64,000 nucleotides of DNA, taken from IMG/VR virus record IMGVR_UViG_3300021185_004515. The stretch is one strand, 5' to 3'. Below the pieces are notes generated by a model. It did not search any database. It was given only the letters and a program-made list of their open reading frames with translations, and was not told the origin of the DNA. The translations under genes were made by a program, and so were the position numbers. The DNA is from an uncultured virus (IMG/VR IMGVR_UViG_3300021185_004515) (taxonomy: Duplodnaviria; Heunggongvirae; Uroviricota; Caudoviricetes). Positions 38,585 to 49,569 of the stretch are shown in pieces. Within the stretch, counting starts at the first letter, position 1, and each line of letters begins with the position of its first letter.

Positions 38585-39898
38585 TCACCGTGCCAAATCC
38601 TCGTTTATGCCTACTCCGCCAGCCTCAAGTGTGGAGGCATGAAGTGTGTAACTAACATCTTGTAACCACTGGTAAGCCGCTTCGTCACCTTTCCTTCCAG
38701 CATATCCTTCTGGACGGGTGGAATAGTTAGCCGCCCATTCCATCACCAATAAAAATCTAACTTCAAAACCATTGCGTTGGTTTGCCTCGTCCATCAACCC
38801 ACGATAATTAAACCAATAGCCATAGGTTTGTTTAGCGGGAAGTCCTGTGTCGGGACATATTTCTCTACAATATCTGGCAGGAATCCACTTTCCACCTATT
38901 CGGTAAGCCATAATTGGTTCAAATCCATCAAAACTGGTGCGATTATCATAGGTCATTGCGGCTTCCACAATTTGAATTCCTGGGGTGAAAGTTCCTTCTA
39001 TCTCAGTAGGTGTAGAGCAGATTTCACACACACCTGCGGTGGTTTGGAATCCTTGATATTGCTTACAGGAGTCGCAATATTGGCTGGTAATTCGGCTGGC
39101 TACTTCTACGGAGAGCCAGTTATTTGGGAATGGTTGTCCTGTATCTGGATTGTCGTTTTGAATGCACCAACTAACAGGAGGGTAAATCTGAGGTCCTCGG
39201 CCATAACCCATCAATTGTTGAAAAAGTGGGGTCTCCGCAGTAGCGATAGTAGCATTTCCTGACTCTCCAGGATTGAAATCTCCTTGAATTAGTCCTGTTG
39301 ATGCAGGAGGTATGTAGCGATTGTCCTCCACAGGTTGTCCATAAGAATTTTGTCCATTCTGTAAAACTCGTGCTAATGCTTGTCTTCCTGCTTCATCTGA
39401 GTAAGGGGTTCCGCAGATACGGAAAAAACTGTCGGCAAAATGTCCATAACTCAAAGTTTTTATCATCTCTCTTCCAAATGCCGTATCTTCAATAAAATTG
39501 TTGCCTCGGCTGACATTGAAATTGACGATAATATCTGAAATCACATTGCTCCAATCAAATTGTTCGTGAGCATCCACAGGAAGGTCTCTGACTTCGGCTT
39601 TCCAATCTGAAACTCGGCCTGGGTGAACGGTAATGTGTCCTATCTCGTGCGCTACTGTGAAAGCAACTCCCGCCGCAATATATTCGCTGGGGAATCCATG
39701 ATAATTCTGGGGTAGTGTCCATGAAACATAGTTCTGACCTAATGAAATCATTTTCATATCCGTAGCAGCACCATGCTGGTCGCTTCTTTTAATATCTACG
39801 GGCGTGTTGGTAGTTCCTGTCAAAGCCCGAAGGTTGGTGAGCAACTCTTGAACATTTTCCCCCAAATGGTAATCTCCATCTCGGAATACTTCGTCCAT
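38585..39898 (-). CDS. HExxH zinc metallopeptidase-like protein (DUF2201 N-terminal type)
   Basis: VAHEIGH followed by WSNVISDIIVN; next to MoxR AAA and vWA genes; TATA at 39921. Confidence 0.75.
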   Translation of the reverse strand: MDEVFRDGDYHLGENVQELLTNLRALTGTTNTPVDIKRSDQHGAATDMKMISLGQNYVSWTLPQNYHGFPSEYIAAGVAFTVAHEIGHITVHPGRVSDWKAEVRDLPVDAHEQFDWSNVISDIIVNFNVSRGNNFIEDTAFGREMIKTLSYGHFADSFFRICGTPYSDEAGRQALARVLQNGQNSYGQPVEDNRYIPPASTGLIQGDFNPGESGNATIATAETPLFQQLMGYGRGPQIYPPVSWCIQNDNPDTGQPFPNNWLSVEVASRITSQYCDSCKQYQGFQTTAGVCEICSTPTEIEGTFTPGIQIVEAAMTYDNRTSFDGFEPIMAYRIGGKWIPARYCREICPDTGLPAKQTYGYWFNYRGLMDEANQRNGFEVRFLLVMEWAANYSTRPEGYAGRKGDEAAYQWLQDVSYTLHASTLEAGGVGINEDLAR

Positions 39899-39935
39899 GA
39901 ATATAATTGGGTCTTGCTGCTATTTAAAAGTTGTC

Positions 39936-42900
39936 TTAACGACGACGAGGTTGTAGAGCATCTCCAAGAATTCCTAAATATTCTTGACGGTCGGATTTAG
40001 TAATATTTCCTGAATCTCCAAGTCCATTCTGACCAACTGAGTTAGATGAATAACATCGTGGGTCATTTATTGGCAAAAAGTTAATAGTTCCTGTGATTTC
40101 TCCTGGAGTATTGACAATTGCGGCTCCTTCCATTGGATTGTATTGACCAAAGTTGGAGGTCACTGATGCTGACAAAATAAATGTCATGTATTCATTATTT
40201 TCCAAAGGTTCTCCCGAGCCCGCTTCTCCTGCGGGAACGGAGCGAAGGCAAACCCACAATCTCAAGAAATCGTTCTCATCGTCTGCCCACATATTGATGT
40301 TGTTATCACGAACCAAAGAACGGGCTGGACGAGTGACTTCACGAGTATCGCCAGCAAAGCCTACTTCTTGGGTAATATCTCCTGAGATAAAATCGCTTAG
40401 TTCAGAGTGAGGTAGTTGGAAACAAGCCATCAAAGATGCGTCTGCCTGTCCCCAATCAATACTTTCATTTTGACCTGCCATAGTAAATACTCGGGAGCCG
40501 TTGTAAGAAGGGTTTTCTTCATCAAGTTTGATTAACTCCGAGCATACTTGCATAAATTGTGAAAACGAAACCTCAACATTGCCGCTTTGAGAGCCCGCAT
40601 CAAAAATCCATCGTCCATTATCAGAAGAGATTTTAGCACTCATTTTGTTAGTAAATGCAGTTAATGAGGTGTGGAATCGGCCATAATCTGGCGAATCTCC
40701 TCCTAAAATACCATCCTTAATACGGCCAATCAATTTAACTTGTTGATTGCTGAGTGCGATGTGTGCTGAATCATTAGCATAATGGCTGGAAGTGATGCTA
40801 AGTCCTGACAGACGCTTGCCAACACCTGACATTATGGCAGACATATCGGACTTGCTGTTAGTGACAGCGGCCCATGCCCCGAGTGTATCTCCGTAAGTTG
40901 GTAGGGTCAAGTTGGCATTAGCACCCATATTAGCAAGATTAGTTCCTACCGCAGCGGTATTGATTTCGGAATTGAAATATGCAGCCTTTCCTCCACTGAG
41001 TCCAGCGGCGTAAATGGAAATCTCTTCGTCACATAGTCCGAGCAAACGAGCCTTATCGTCTGTGAACAAATTACCATTATTAGCAATTGCATATCGGGTA
41101 GCATACATATCATTCAAACAAGACTCGCCCATGTTTCCAGAAACTGGGTTGCTGATTCGCTGCATAAAGTCTTCATACATTTCTGGGTAACCTTGAGTAT
41201 TGTTTTCTCCATACGACCGAAGTGTGGTGTTGCCCATTCGTTCTGACTCAGAAACCATGGTAGCAATATGCCAGTGAACTGGGGTGATTGAAGTTGATAA
41301 GTTAGCATTTCCAATCATTTGGTCTTGCATAACCTTGAGAACTGCGGTTTCATATTCGTGAGCGTAGTCTGAAGATTGCAAAATACTGACACATCGTTCA
41401 TAGAAGGAATCCAACATCTCCAAAAGTGAAGCACCGCTTCCTTGTCCAATATCTACATCACGGTTGATATATCCACGAACCAAGAATTCCCGAAGGAAGT
41501 CCTGTTCGGAGTTATAAGCCAAATCTTTTGACATAGCCTTGCCAATACCCTTGGTGTTTCCATTAACATCTGTCAAACCTTCTTTGCTACGACCGATACG
41601 GTGGGCCACAGTATATGGGATGGCATCTACAATGTCTTCACGAGATACATACGACTTTCCACGAAGGAAGGCGAATGATTTAGCCAACTTGATAATAGAA
41701 TTGGTGAAACGGAATCCAAGAACACGAGTGAAAATCGCGGGTAATTGGGCAGAGACATCGTTTCCTCTGAGTGGGTCAGCAGTAGACATTTGCGGTTGGT
41801 TTCCAGCGAATGCCATAGTTCCTTGGCTTAAAACAGCGGCTTCAGTTCCATCGTTTCCACTGGAGGTGTTAGTAGTGGTGGAGAAATCAACCAATGGGGC
41901 TTCGTGAGGATTAGAAATCCAAGAATATTGTTTGTTATTGCCCACAGGTAAGATATGTTCACGAGTTCGGTAGGCTTGAGAGAACAAAACTGAGATAGCC
42001 GAAACATCACGGTAACCATCATATGAGCCACCATTTTGAACCATAGAAATTCCTGTGGCATCGTCTTCAATCATGCTCCAAATATCTCGGATTTCATAGA
42101 ATCGCAATGGAGCCATAGCGTTAGACATGGTGAGATTCTTAATCAATTGTTCCACTGGTCGTCCTGCACGATTACTCAAAATGTTATATCGTCCACCCAT
42201 AGATACAGACTTGAACAGAATTTCCATGTCAATTCGGTCAGTAAATGCCAAATCGTTTCCTTTTTGGTGAGGGTTGGTATCCATCCAAGCCACAAAGTTA
42301 GGCGAGTCAAACTCTTTTCCACGGTATTCTACCTTTCGCTCGGCAATCAGTCCCAAAATTGCGTCTTCCATTCCAGGTTTAGAACGGTTGGCTTCGTTAA
42401 AGAACTTAACTGGTTGGGTAACAATCGGGCGAGGAACTGGTTCAAAGTCAAAAGTATTAACATTGGCTCCCTTAGCAGGGTCAAAAGATTGGGTTTCACG
42501 AATTTCCATACCATAGAGAACTTCGTCGGCTCGCTTTTCAAAGTCTACCTTAGCAATACCAATTTCTCCCAGCATTTCTGAAGAGAGAGATTTCCACTGC
42601 AAAGAACCTGGAGTGGCACGAGCGTCAAAACAAGTGTGGTGCAAAAACTCTCGCAACCAATATCCTTCGTTACGACCTGCATCGGTCCACATTCCTGATA
42701 ATCCTGATTGTGCAATATATTGTTGCACGACGGAACGACCTGATGCTTGAGTATTGGCAGCCATGTGTGATGAAATGTCATCAAACAAAGAACGAACTGC
42801 TATGCCATTCATTTCTGGGTGAGCCAACTTCATAATCAAATCTTCTGTGCCTTCGGTTCCAGAAGATAACATGACTTGATTAGGGAACAACACAGAGGTT

Positions 42901-44225
42901 CCATCAGCATTACAGATTTTAACAGGCTTTACCAAACGCTTCTTAGCGACACCTTCGGGAATAATTGCCAATCCTGCATCGTTAAATTTAGGCCAAGTTT
43001 CTGGGTCTGATAGAATAGTATTGGCTGGGACATCTACGAAATAATGTTGCAAGAGTAACTTCTTGAACGATTCTGGTTGAAGTGCCAACTTAGCAAATGT
43101 GGTGTTGGGTTGTAGGAACTTGAAATCATACAAGTAGGCTCCTGACATTTGTTGGTTAGGGATTTGAGAGGCATTCCTACCTGCATAGGTGTGGTTTCCT
43201 GTGGAACCTTTCGGTGTCTTCCAAGGAGTGAATCTCCATGATTCCCACAAATCGTTAATTTCTGGGCGAGCAGCGTTGCCATAAATAATGGAATATTCTT
43301 GTCCTGCGGGCAACATAGTTGGGCTGTAAATGTTATCGGAGGAGTTATTGGCACTGAAAAGTTCTCCTGTGGTCATGGCGACATAATCTTGTGGTGGGAC
43401 AATCCTCATAGAAGTATTGAACCCATAAGAGTTGGATAGCAAAGTTGCCGCACACTCAATAACTGTGGTTTTTCCAGTTCCAGGAACACCAGATAGACGG
43501 CAAGTTGAATCTTTCATCAACCAAGCGGCCATGAATACTTCCAAGTGTCGGTAATCGTCAAAAGCGAAAACCTTACCCAGAGCCGATGATAACGAGCGAA
43601 CACGCTTGAGAGTATCTCCCAGTTGTTTCCTCTTAGAGCCTGAAGAGTAGGTGGAGATAAATGATTCCAAAATCTCATCTAAGGAAGCACCCATGATACC
43701 ATCGCTAAACTCTCCTGCGGAAGCCAAAGAACCACGAACGATTTCTCCGTAGCGGAAAGCAGCCTCTCCGATTTCGGTAGTGAGTCGGTCATCATCAGCA
43801 GGAATTCCCAAAATTTCAGTGCAAAATCGTGCGGTGATGTTTGTCCCTGCTGTGTCAGAAATAACCATATAGGTAGGAGTGTTGTTTTCATTGTTAAGAA
43901 TTTCAATGCGTCCAATATCATATCCAATATCTTGGATAGTTACCTGTTCGTCAAAAGACTGGCTTCGTTGCTCAAAAATCTGTTCCATTTGATTAACGGC
44001 ATTGGCTCCGACCATAGAAACTGCATCCATAGCAGTTGCAGAGGTGGGTGAGGCTGAAGGGTCAGTTGGTCCAGGTGGTGTGTCACGACCTGCGGCTTTA
44101 TCTTGTTCTTTCAACAACTCTTTCATACCTGCGTTAGCAGCCATGGAATCCTCGCCCATAATTTTATCTGAAAGTGGTTTTTCTGCTCCGTCTGCTCCTG
44201 CGGTCAATTGTTCTTCGTCGGTCAT
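39936..44225 (-). CDS. Giant MoxR/RavA-type AAA+ ATPase
   Basis: Walker A GVPGTGKT, variant Walker B FFNEANR, AFTDRI arginine finger, lid AFLRGKSYVSREDI...PYTVAHRI. Confidence 0.85.
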   Translation of the reverse strand: MTDEEQLTAGADGAEKPLSDKIMGEDSMAANAGMKELLKEQDKAAGRDTPPGPTDPSASPTSATAMDAVSMVGANAVNQMEQIFEQRSQSFDEQVTIQDIGYDIGRIEILNNENNTPTYMVISDTAGTNITARFCTEILGIPADDDRLTTEIGEAAFRYGEIVRGSLASAGEFSDGIMGASLDEILESFISTYSSGSKRKQLGDTLKRVRSLSSALGKVFAFDDYRHLEVFMAAWLMKDSTCRLSGVPGTGKTTVIECAATLLSNSYGFNTSMRIVPPQDYVAMTTGELFSANNSSDNIYSPTMLPAGQEYSIIYGNAARPEINDLWESWRFTPWKTPKGSTGNHTYAGRNASQIPNQQMSGAYLYDFKFLQPNTTFAKLALQPESFKKLLLQHYFVDVPANTILSDPETWPKFNDAGLAIIPEGVAKKRLVKPVKICNADGTSVLFPNQVMLSSGTEGTEDLIMKLAHPEMNGIAVRSLFDDISSHMAANTQASGRSVVQQYIAQSGLSGMWTDAGRNEGYWLREFLHHTCFDARATPGSLQWKSLSSEMLGEIGIAKVDFEKRADEVLYGMEIRETQSFDPAKGANVNTFDFEPVPRPIVTQPVKFFNEANRSKPGMEDAILGLIAERKVEYRGKEFDSPNFVAWMDTNPHQKGNDLAFTDRIDMEILFKSVSMGGRYNILSNRAGRPVEQLIKNLTMSNAMAPLRFYEIRDIWSMIEDDATGISMVQNGGSYDGYRDVSAISVLFSQAYRTREHILPVGNNKQYSWISNPHEAPLVDFSTTTNTSSGNDGTEAAVLSQGTMAFAGNQPQMSTADPLRGNDVSAQLPAIFTRVLGFRFTNSIIKLAKSFAFLRGKSYVSREDIVDAIPYTVAHRIGRSKEGLTDVNGNTKGIGKAMSKDLAYNSEQDFLREFLVRGYINRDVDIGQGSGASLLEMLDSFYERCVSILQSSDYAHEYETAVLKVMQDQMIGNANLSTSITPVHWHIATMVSESERMGNTTLRSYGENNTQGYPEMYEDFMQRISNPVSGNMGESCLNDMYATRYAIANNGNLFTDDKARLLGLCDEEISIYAAGLSGGKAAYFNSEINTAAVGTNLANMGANANLTLPTYGDTLGAWAAVTNSKSDMSAIMSGVGKRLSGLSITSSHYANDSAHIALSNQQVKLIGRIKDGILGGDSPDYGRFHTSLTAFTNKMSAKISSDNGRWIFDAGSQSGNVEVSFSQFMQVCSELIKLDEENPSYNGSRVFTMAGQNESIDWGQADASLMACFQLPHSELSDFISGDITQEVGFAGDTREVTRPARSLVRDNNINMWADDENDFLRLWVCLRSVPAGEAGSGEPLENNEYMTFILSASVTSNFGQYNPMEGAAIVNTPGEITGTINFLPINDPRCYSSNSVGQNGLGDSGNITKSDRQEYLGILGDALQPRRR

Positions 44226-44227
44226 AA

Positions 44228-46579
44228 TTAGTCCCTCCTGATGTCTAAATCAATCTTCATTATCTTAAAACCTTCAGAGGTTTCTGCCAAAACAAAATAT
44301 TCCTTAGTAGTTGGTGATGATTTGAAGGCGATGCTGCGAGTAACCACAGCACCTGTTTCATCTCGGTTAGTGAATCGTTCACTTTGTTTTTCCCTGCGTC
44401 GGGCCTTACGGCGTTCGTCCCAGGCTTCGGTAGCCGATTCATTTAGGATAGCAATTTCTGGGGCAGGTGGGGAAAGTTCTCCTCCCTTGATAGTTCCACC
44501 TACTGATTTTCCGTTAGGGTCTTGTAACCACAAATCTCCTGTGTCTTGGGTGGTTGGGAGGTCAATTTCTATACCTCCATCACAGTAAAGTCGGACACCA
44601 CGAGCCACCAAAGTCCCATCTACTTCAATAGAAGATGGCTTATCATAGGTAATATAGTTGATTTGACCTTTACCAACATTGACTTCATTTCCGTCTATAT
44701 CCTTGAAAACCAGGTGTTGTTCATCTCCTGGCAAAACATAGGTCTTCTTCTGGCTGGAACCGAAATATTCTGAGGAATCTCCGCCCGTAACTTCAAAGTT
44801 GAGAACTCGTGACCAAACAGCATCCTCCATCTCACCATCATCGTCTAAGATAATTTCGGGGGAAATAACTCCTGTGCGCTCAGTTTCTTGAGGAACTGCT
44901 CCGTTATCTCGTTGTAGAGTTAAGTTGAGTAGTTTAGGAGCCAGATATTCTGGGTGATAGTCCACATAGGTTTTAACATCTGCGGTAATGTCTTGAGGTT
45001 GTGGGTCAAAATTAAAGATAACATTGTCTCCGCCCATAATTGGAGTCAAAACTGATTCAGGGTCATCTCCCCAACTTTTCCAGTTGAGGCGAGGGTCTGA
45101 GATGTCGTTGTTTCCATAAAAACGACTCATCTGGGTGCGAATAACTGCGGGAACATCCGTAGCAGCATTAACCTTAACGCTGCCTGTGAGTCCTGCGGTG
45201 GAGGAATTAAGGTTTTCCCAAATCATTGTGTCTATTGGTTCTCCATCATCATTTGAAGGAAGTCCACCAAATCCGATGCCACCATGAGAGTAAATAACGA
45301 CTTCACTTGATTCAACTTTTTCCATCATTCCTCCGTAGAGGTTGTAAGAGCCAGGTTCTTGAGACTTATTGAATTTTATGCCTCCTTCCCAATCTAAATA
45401 TCCATTCGCATTCATGCGGAGTTCTATCTTTCGCCCTTCTTGAGTGAGTTCTATCTTAAAGTTTTTAATAGTGTCTGTTGATTTGAAATCTCCGCTGGGT
45501 TCATTCCAAGCAACTTCTACTTTAGTAACCAATGCTGGCTCATCAGAATTAACCAGTGTGATGGGGAAAATTTGTCCCGCATAAGTCTCAGCCGCAGAAC
45601 CTCCGACTACTCGGAAGTAGGCTGCTTCTCCCATCTTAAATCCGAATTCAATTTCAGGAGTCAAAAAGAAAGGTTGATTAGCATTAGCATTTACCACTGC
45701 AACTTCTTCAGGAGAATCGTCCATGAAATCGTCCATGTTCATGAAATCATCCACAGACGAAGCACCACCTTGTTCGGAGGTTTCCGAAACAACAACGGTG
45801 TTGGTAGGTTGCATAGATGCGTCAAATTCAGAGGGCCGCAAAGTAAAACTAATATATCCCTCATAAGGCCACATTTTATCTGGGTTTTGATTTTCCTTCC
45901 ATGCTTTGAGTGAAATAGCAATTTCTTCATCTTCAGTCGGAGGGGTGATATTCTGAAATGGAGCAAAGAAGTCTCCTCGTGCGGGTCCCCGAATTTTAAC
46001 TGAGTTGTCAATCACAATTTCTGGAACAATAACTGGGGCATCAATATATTCTCCACCATCTGAAAATCCATCAGCAATTTCTGGAATTTCGGTAGCGACT
46101 TCGGGAACGGTGGTCGTAGTGCCTCCTGTATTCAGAGATAAATCCATTCCATCCATAAGTTGTTGTTGGAATTCACTGGTTAGTTCTCCTGTGCGAGCCA
46201 AGTTTAGAACATTCGCATCAACCTGTTCGGACTTACGATTGTAATCGGCAAGTTTGAGATTTCGTGTGGGTTGTTTGAATCCATCGTTATCTTCTGATGA
46301 GCCCACTCTTACCAAACGGTAACCGTATGGATAAGTGGCTGCACGACCTCCGAAACGACCTCCGAGAGCAGTGCGCTTACCAGATGTGTAAAGATTCTGT
46401 AATGCGGTTTTGCTAAACATGGTGTCGTCATTAAACAACGAGGTGTAACCATTGTTAGTCAATAGGGCATCTATCTCTGCCAAAACCAATCCATTTTGTT
46501 GAAGTTCCTTACCTTTGAAACCCTCTAACATCAAATAGGCGTAGATAGCCTCCATGTTATCTCGTGGAATCTCCGTCAT
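44228..46579 (-). CDS. Large acidic hypothetical protein
   Basis: 783-aa ORF, TATA at 46603, co-transcribed with the MoxR gene. Confidence 0.8.
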   Translation of the reverse strand: MTEIPRDNMEAIYAYLMLEGFKGKELQQNGLVLAEIDALLTNNGYTSLFNDDTMFSKTALQNLYTSGKRTALGGRFGGRAATYPYGYRLVRVGSSEDNDGFKQPTRNLKLADYNRKSEQVDANVLNLARTGELTSEFQQQLMDGMDLSLNTGGTTTTVPEVATEIPEIADGFSDGGEYIDAPVIVPEIVIDNSVKIRGPARGDFFAPFQNITPPTEDEEIAISLKAWKENQNPDKMWPYEGYISFTLRPSEFDASMQPTNTVVVSETSEQGGASSVDDFMNMDDFMDDSPEEVAVVNANANQPFFLTPEIEFGFKMGEAAYFRVVGGSAAETYAGQIFPITLVNSDEPALVTKVEVAWNEPSGDFKSTDTIKNFKIELTQEGRKIELRMNANGYLDWEGGIKFNKSQEPGSYNLYGGMMEKVESSEVVIYSHGGIGFGGLPSNDDGEPIDTMIWENLNSSTAGLTGSVKVNAATDVPAVIRTQMSRFYGNNDISDPRLNWKSWGDDPESVLTPIMGGDNVIFNFDPQPQDITADVKTYVDYHPEYLAPKLLNLTLQRDNGAVPQETERTGVISPEIILDDDGEMEDAVWSRVLNFEVTGGDSSEYFGSSQKKTYVLPGDEQHLVFKDIDGNEVNVGKGQINYITYDKPSSIEVDGTLVARGVRLYCDGGIEIDLPTTQDTGDLWLQDPNGKSVGGTIKGGELSPPAPEIAILNESATEAWDERRKARRREKQSERFTNRDETGAVVTRSIAFKSSPTTKEYFVLAETSEGFKIMKIDLDIRRD

Positions 46580-46626
46580 ACTAATTATATCTCCTTCTCT
46601 GATATATAAGTTTTCTCTTATTTGGG

Positions 46627-47040
46627 TTAGATAGACCTACCTTCCGCTCGTAGTTGTAATATCAATTCTGCACGAAAAAACTGATACAATCTTTTGAACC
46701 AGTGCAGATTACGACGGAAGAACAAACAAACCTGTTTGATTTCGGGGTATCTGGGAGCATATAATTCCAAGGCTTCTAAAAATTCTTCAAAGCCTGAGTT
46801 GGCCCAAACCAGAACTCCAGCATCAGTGACTTGGTGGAAAAATTCTTCATTGACAATCATGCGGTCAAATAATTCTGAGGCTTCTGATTGGGAACTGGAA
46901 TCGGGAACATAATGGGGATGCAAATCTACAAAGCGTTGAGATAATTCCAAATAACTGCGTATAGAGATATTACGAAGCCAATTTAGCCAATTGATGATTT
47001 GTTCGGAGCAATATTTTGCCCACACAGGATTCACGGACAT
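46627..47040 (-). CDS. Hypothetical helical protein
   Basis: ORF in operon. Confidence 0.7.
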   Translation of the reverse strand: MSVNPVWAKYCSEQIINWLNWLRNISIRSYLELSQRFVDLHPHYVPDSSSQSEASELFDRMIVNEEFFHQVTDAGVLVWANSGFEEFLEALELYAPRYPEIKQVCLFFRRNLHWFKRLYQFFRAELILQLRAEGRSI

Positions 47041-47044
47041 GAGT

Positions 47045-48166
47045 TCACGACCCGAAATAATCGTCTGGAACTTCCGTTAAATCAACCGCTTCATAAATTT
47101 CTCCTGTTTCACGGTGCCGATAGGTGTTAGATGATTCATCAAATTCTAAATCATCATCGTCAATTTCTTCCAATTCCTCAGATTCTGCGGGAGTTCCTGC
47201 GGGCGATGACATTTGTTCTTCGGAAACACCATAATCTTTCATCAAATCATCCACAGATTGTAAAACTCCGAGAGCGGGTGCTGGTTCGGGAATGGTAGCA
47301 TTAGGTGTGTAAGAAGCGAGAGAATCAGGAGTTTCCAAATCATTAGCAGCAAAATTAACCTTGCTGGTGTTGGAAATCTTCTTTTGTTCAGATTGCATGG
47401 CTCTCTGGATTTCATCCATACCGCTGAGAACATTGATAGGGGCTCCATTAGAATAATCTGCTGCCGCAGTTCCATTGGTTCGGGATTGGCGGTCATTGGA
47501 AATATCATTCATAGATACTCCTGCTTCTTGGGCTAAGGCTTCAATTCCTGAAATTCCGAAATTGGTTTTCTTAGCCGAGGCAGAATAAGTTCCTTGTAAT
47601 CCGCTGAGGCCATCAGAATTCTGAGCGTGTTTTGGAACTCCCAATAATTCATCCCAATTCACACCTCCTTCAGTAAATGGGTTAGCAGGGCGTGGAGTTT
47701 GAACCACAGGTTCAGGTTCTGGCTCTTCAGCAGACTCTCCTATCTCAGTTCCAACGAATAAATCGGTGTTAGTTCCTGTGTCTTGGGCTTCACGAATGCG
47801 TTCCAAAAATGCTTCATCTTCGGCACTCAAATCGTTGCGTCGTCCTTGAAAGTATTCGGCTGCGCTTCGGAGAACAGGAGCCACATCAGTCAAAAATCCG
47901 AGCATTCCTGTGGCACGATTGACCGTTGGATTGGTGGAAACAGATTCTCCCACTCCATACTTGTCTAAGAAATTAACCAAGGGAACCAAAACTTTTTCTG
48001 TCATGTCTCCGTCCAGATTAAGTTGCTGGCCTAAAGAATTTAAATCTCCATCAGCCGTGAGCATCTCTACCAAAGATTTGGCTTCAGATTGCGGAACCGA
48101 TTGGGCCTGTTTTACAGGTTCTGGTTCGGGCTTAGAACTCCGAATGACATCATCAAAATCAGACAT
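47045..48166 (-). CDS. Acidic hypothetical protein
   Basis: Long ORF; GTGAG SD. Confidence 0.75.
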   Translation of the reverse strand: MSDFDDVIRSSKPEPEPVKQAQSVPQSEAKSLVEMLTADGDLNSLGQQLNLDGDMTEKVLVPLVNFLDKYGVGESVSTNPTVNRATGMLGFLTDVAPVLRSAAEYFQGRRNDLSAEDEAFLERIREAQDTGTNTDLFVGTEIGESAEEPEPEPVVQTPRPANPFTEGGVNWDELLGVPKHAQNSDGLSGLQGTYSASAKKTNFGISGIEALAQEAGVSMNDISNDRQSRTNGTAAADYSNGAPINVLSGMDEIQRAMQSEQKKISNTSKVNFAANDLETPDSLASYTPNATIPEPAPALGVLQSVDDLMKDYGVSEEQMSSPAGTPAESEELEEIDDDDLEFDESSNTYRHRETGEIYEAVDLTEVPDDYFGS

Positions 48167-48191
48167 AATACTCACTTGTGTAGTTTCCTTC

Positions 48192-48683
48192 TTAAATCTT
48201 CTGCTTGAATAAGGCTTCTAAACCGATTTTTAAGGATTCTATCCATGCCATATGCGGAGCGTTAGAGGAACGAATATCCCCTGATTCAATAGTTTTGGCA
48301 GCATCTCGGAGAGATTTAGCCAACAAATTCTGAATAAATTGTTGTTCATTTTCGGCACCTTGGGATGCTCCTTCAATAAAATTACAAATATCGTCAGTTA
48401 GTTTTCGCAACTCTCGTTCTTTAGCCGAAGTTTTCAGTTTCAATACTTCCCAGATAAAATCTGATTTCGCCATGAGTTGGACTCTTTCTTGTAATGTTCC
48501 GTCGGAATCCAAAATGTCTACCAATGCAAAGAATGATTTTTGAAGTGTTTCTGACTGTTGAGCATCAGTGATGCCTAATTGACCGACAAAATCCTCAAAA
48601 TGCTGAGTCAAAGCGGCTTGCTTTTCTCTTTCTAACAACCGTTTATAGGTGTTAAGCATGGTTTTCATAGATTCAAGGTCCAA
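48192..48683 (-). CDS. Helical/coiled-coil hypothetical protein
   Basis: ORF in operon. Confidence 0.7.
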   Translation of the reverse strand: MDLESMKTMLNTYKRLLEREKQAALTQHFEDFVGQLGITDAQQSETLQKSFFALVDILDSDGTLQERVQLMAKSDFIWEVLKLKTSAKERELRKLTDDICNFIEGASQGAENEQQFIQNLLAKSLRDAAKTIESGDIRSSNAPHMAWIESLKIGLEALFKQKI

Positions 48684-48692
48684 AGAATCGCC

Positions 48693-49484
48693 TCAGTATT
48701 GTGGTCCATTATTAGAATTGAATGATTCCAAGAACCAGTTATCCCATTGTTTCCTACCTTGTGGCTGTCGTGGCTTTTGTTGTTGGGAATCCTTTTCTGC
48801 TCTTTTTGTTTCACGAGATTCGGCTCGCTTGATAGCAGACTCCGCTTCGTTAAGTTGTTTCTCAATTTGACCAATTTGAGAATTGATGGCATCCATTTTA
48901 GATTTGTAATAATACATGGTTCCAACCACACCGACTAACATTCCGCCAACGAATCCGACAGCCATGTTGCCTTTACCAACAGCAAATCCCGCCGAAGCGA
49001 GAGGTGATGAAGCATTTTGCGCTTGCTTAACCACTGGAGGTTCAGTGGATGAAGTTTCTCCACCCAATCCTCGTCGGCCAATTTCAGCATGGATGCTGGT
49101 TAAATCAGTCTTGAACTTAGAAAATTCTTCTGCTGACTTAATATCTGAGTCAGCCATTGAACCCATCAAATCCATAATCTCTGAATCGGATAAATCTCCT
49201 AATTTAATGTTTTTCTTAACTGAAATCTCTTCAGCAGCGAAAACACGGTTATCTTCCGTAGCCATCCATGAAGCGGAAACTTTGGGCTCTTCAATAATAC
49301 AGTCAGTAATCTTGCGGAATCCTCTGATTCCTTTACCTCGTTGTCCCAAAATGTATTTTCCTGGGCCTGTTTGGTGAGCAAAAGAGACAAAATCACCAAT
49401 AGAAATCTCATCATCTGAAACAAGAACATCTTGAGTTCCAGAGTTCTTAACTCCTTTTTGGTAACGGCGAATAAACCAGACCAT
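48693..49484 (-). CDS. Single-TM coiled-coil protein
   Basis: FAAE; TM then coiled coil; TATA at 49507. Confidence 0.75.
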   Translation of the reverse strand: MVWFIRRYQKGVKNSGTQDVLVSDDEISIGDFVSFAHQTGPGKYILGQRGKGIRGFRKITDCIIEEPKVSASWMATEDNRVFAAEEISVKKNIKLGDLSDSEIMDLMGSMADSDIKSAEEFSKFKTDLTSIHAEIGRRGLGGETSSTEPPVVKQAQNASSPLASAGFAVGKGNMAVGFVGGMLVGVVGTMYYYKSKMDAINSQIGQIEKQLNEAESAIKRAESRETKRAEKDSQQQKPRQPQGRKQWDNWFLESFNSNNGPQY

Positions 49485-49569
49485 AATATTCTTTGTGCGG
49501 TCTTGTTATATGAATCTTTTGGATGATTGGGTCCGAATCGTGTCCCAAACATCCGATAATCTAAAGTTC

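Noticed and set aside
42560..43450. Possible intein in the MoxR ATPase insertion
   Set aside because: No recognisable intein N-terminal block, HN-[C/S/T] end or LAGLIDADG motif; treated as an inserted domain
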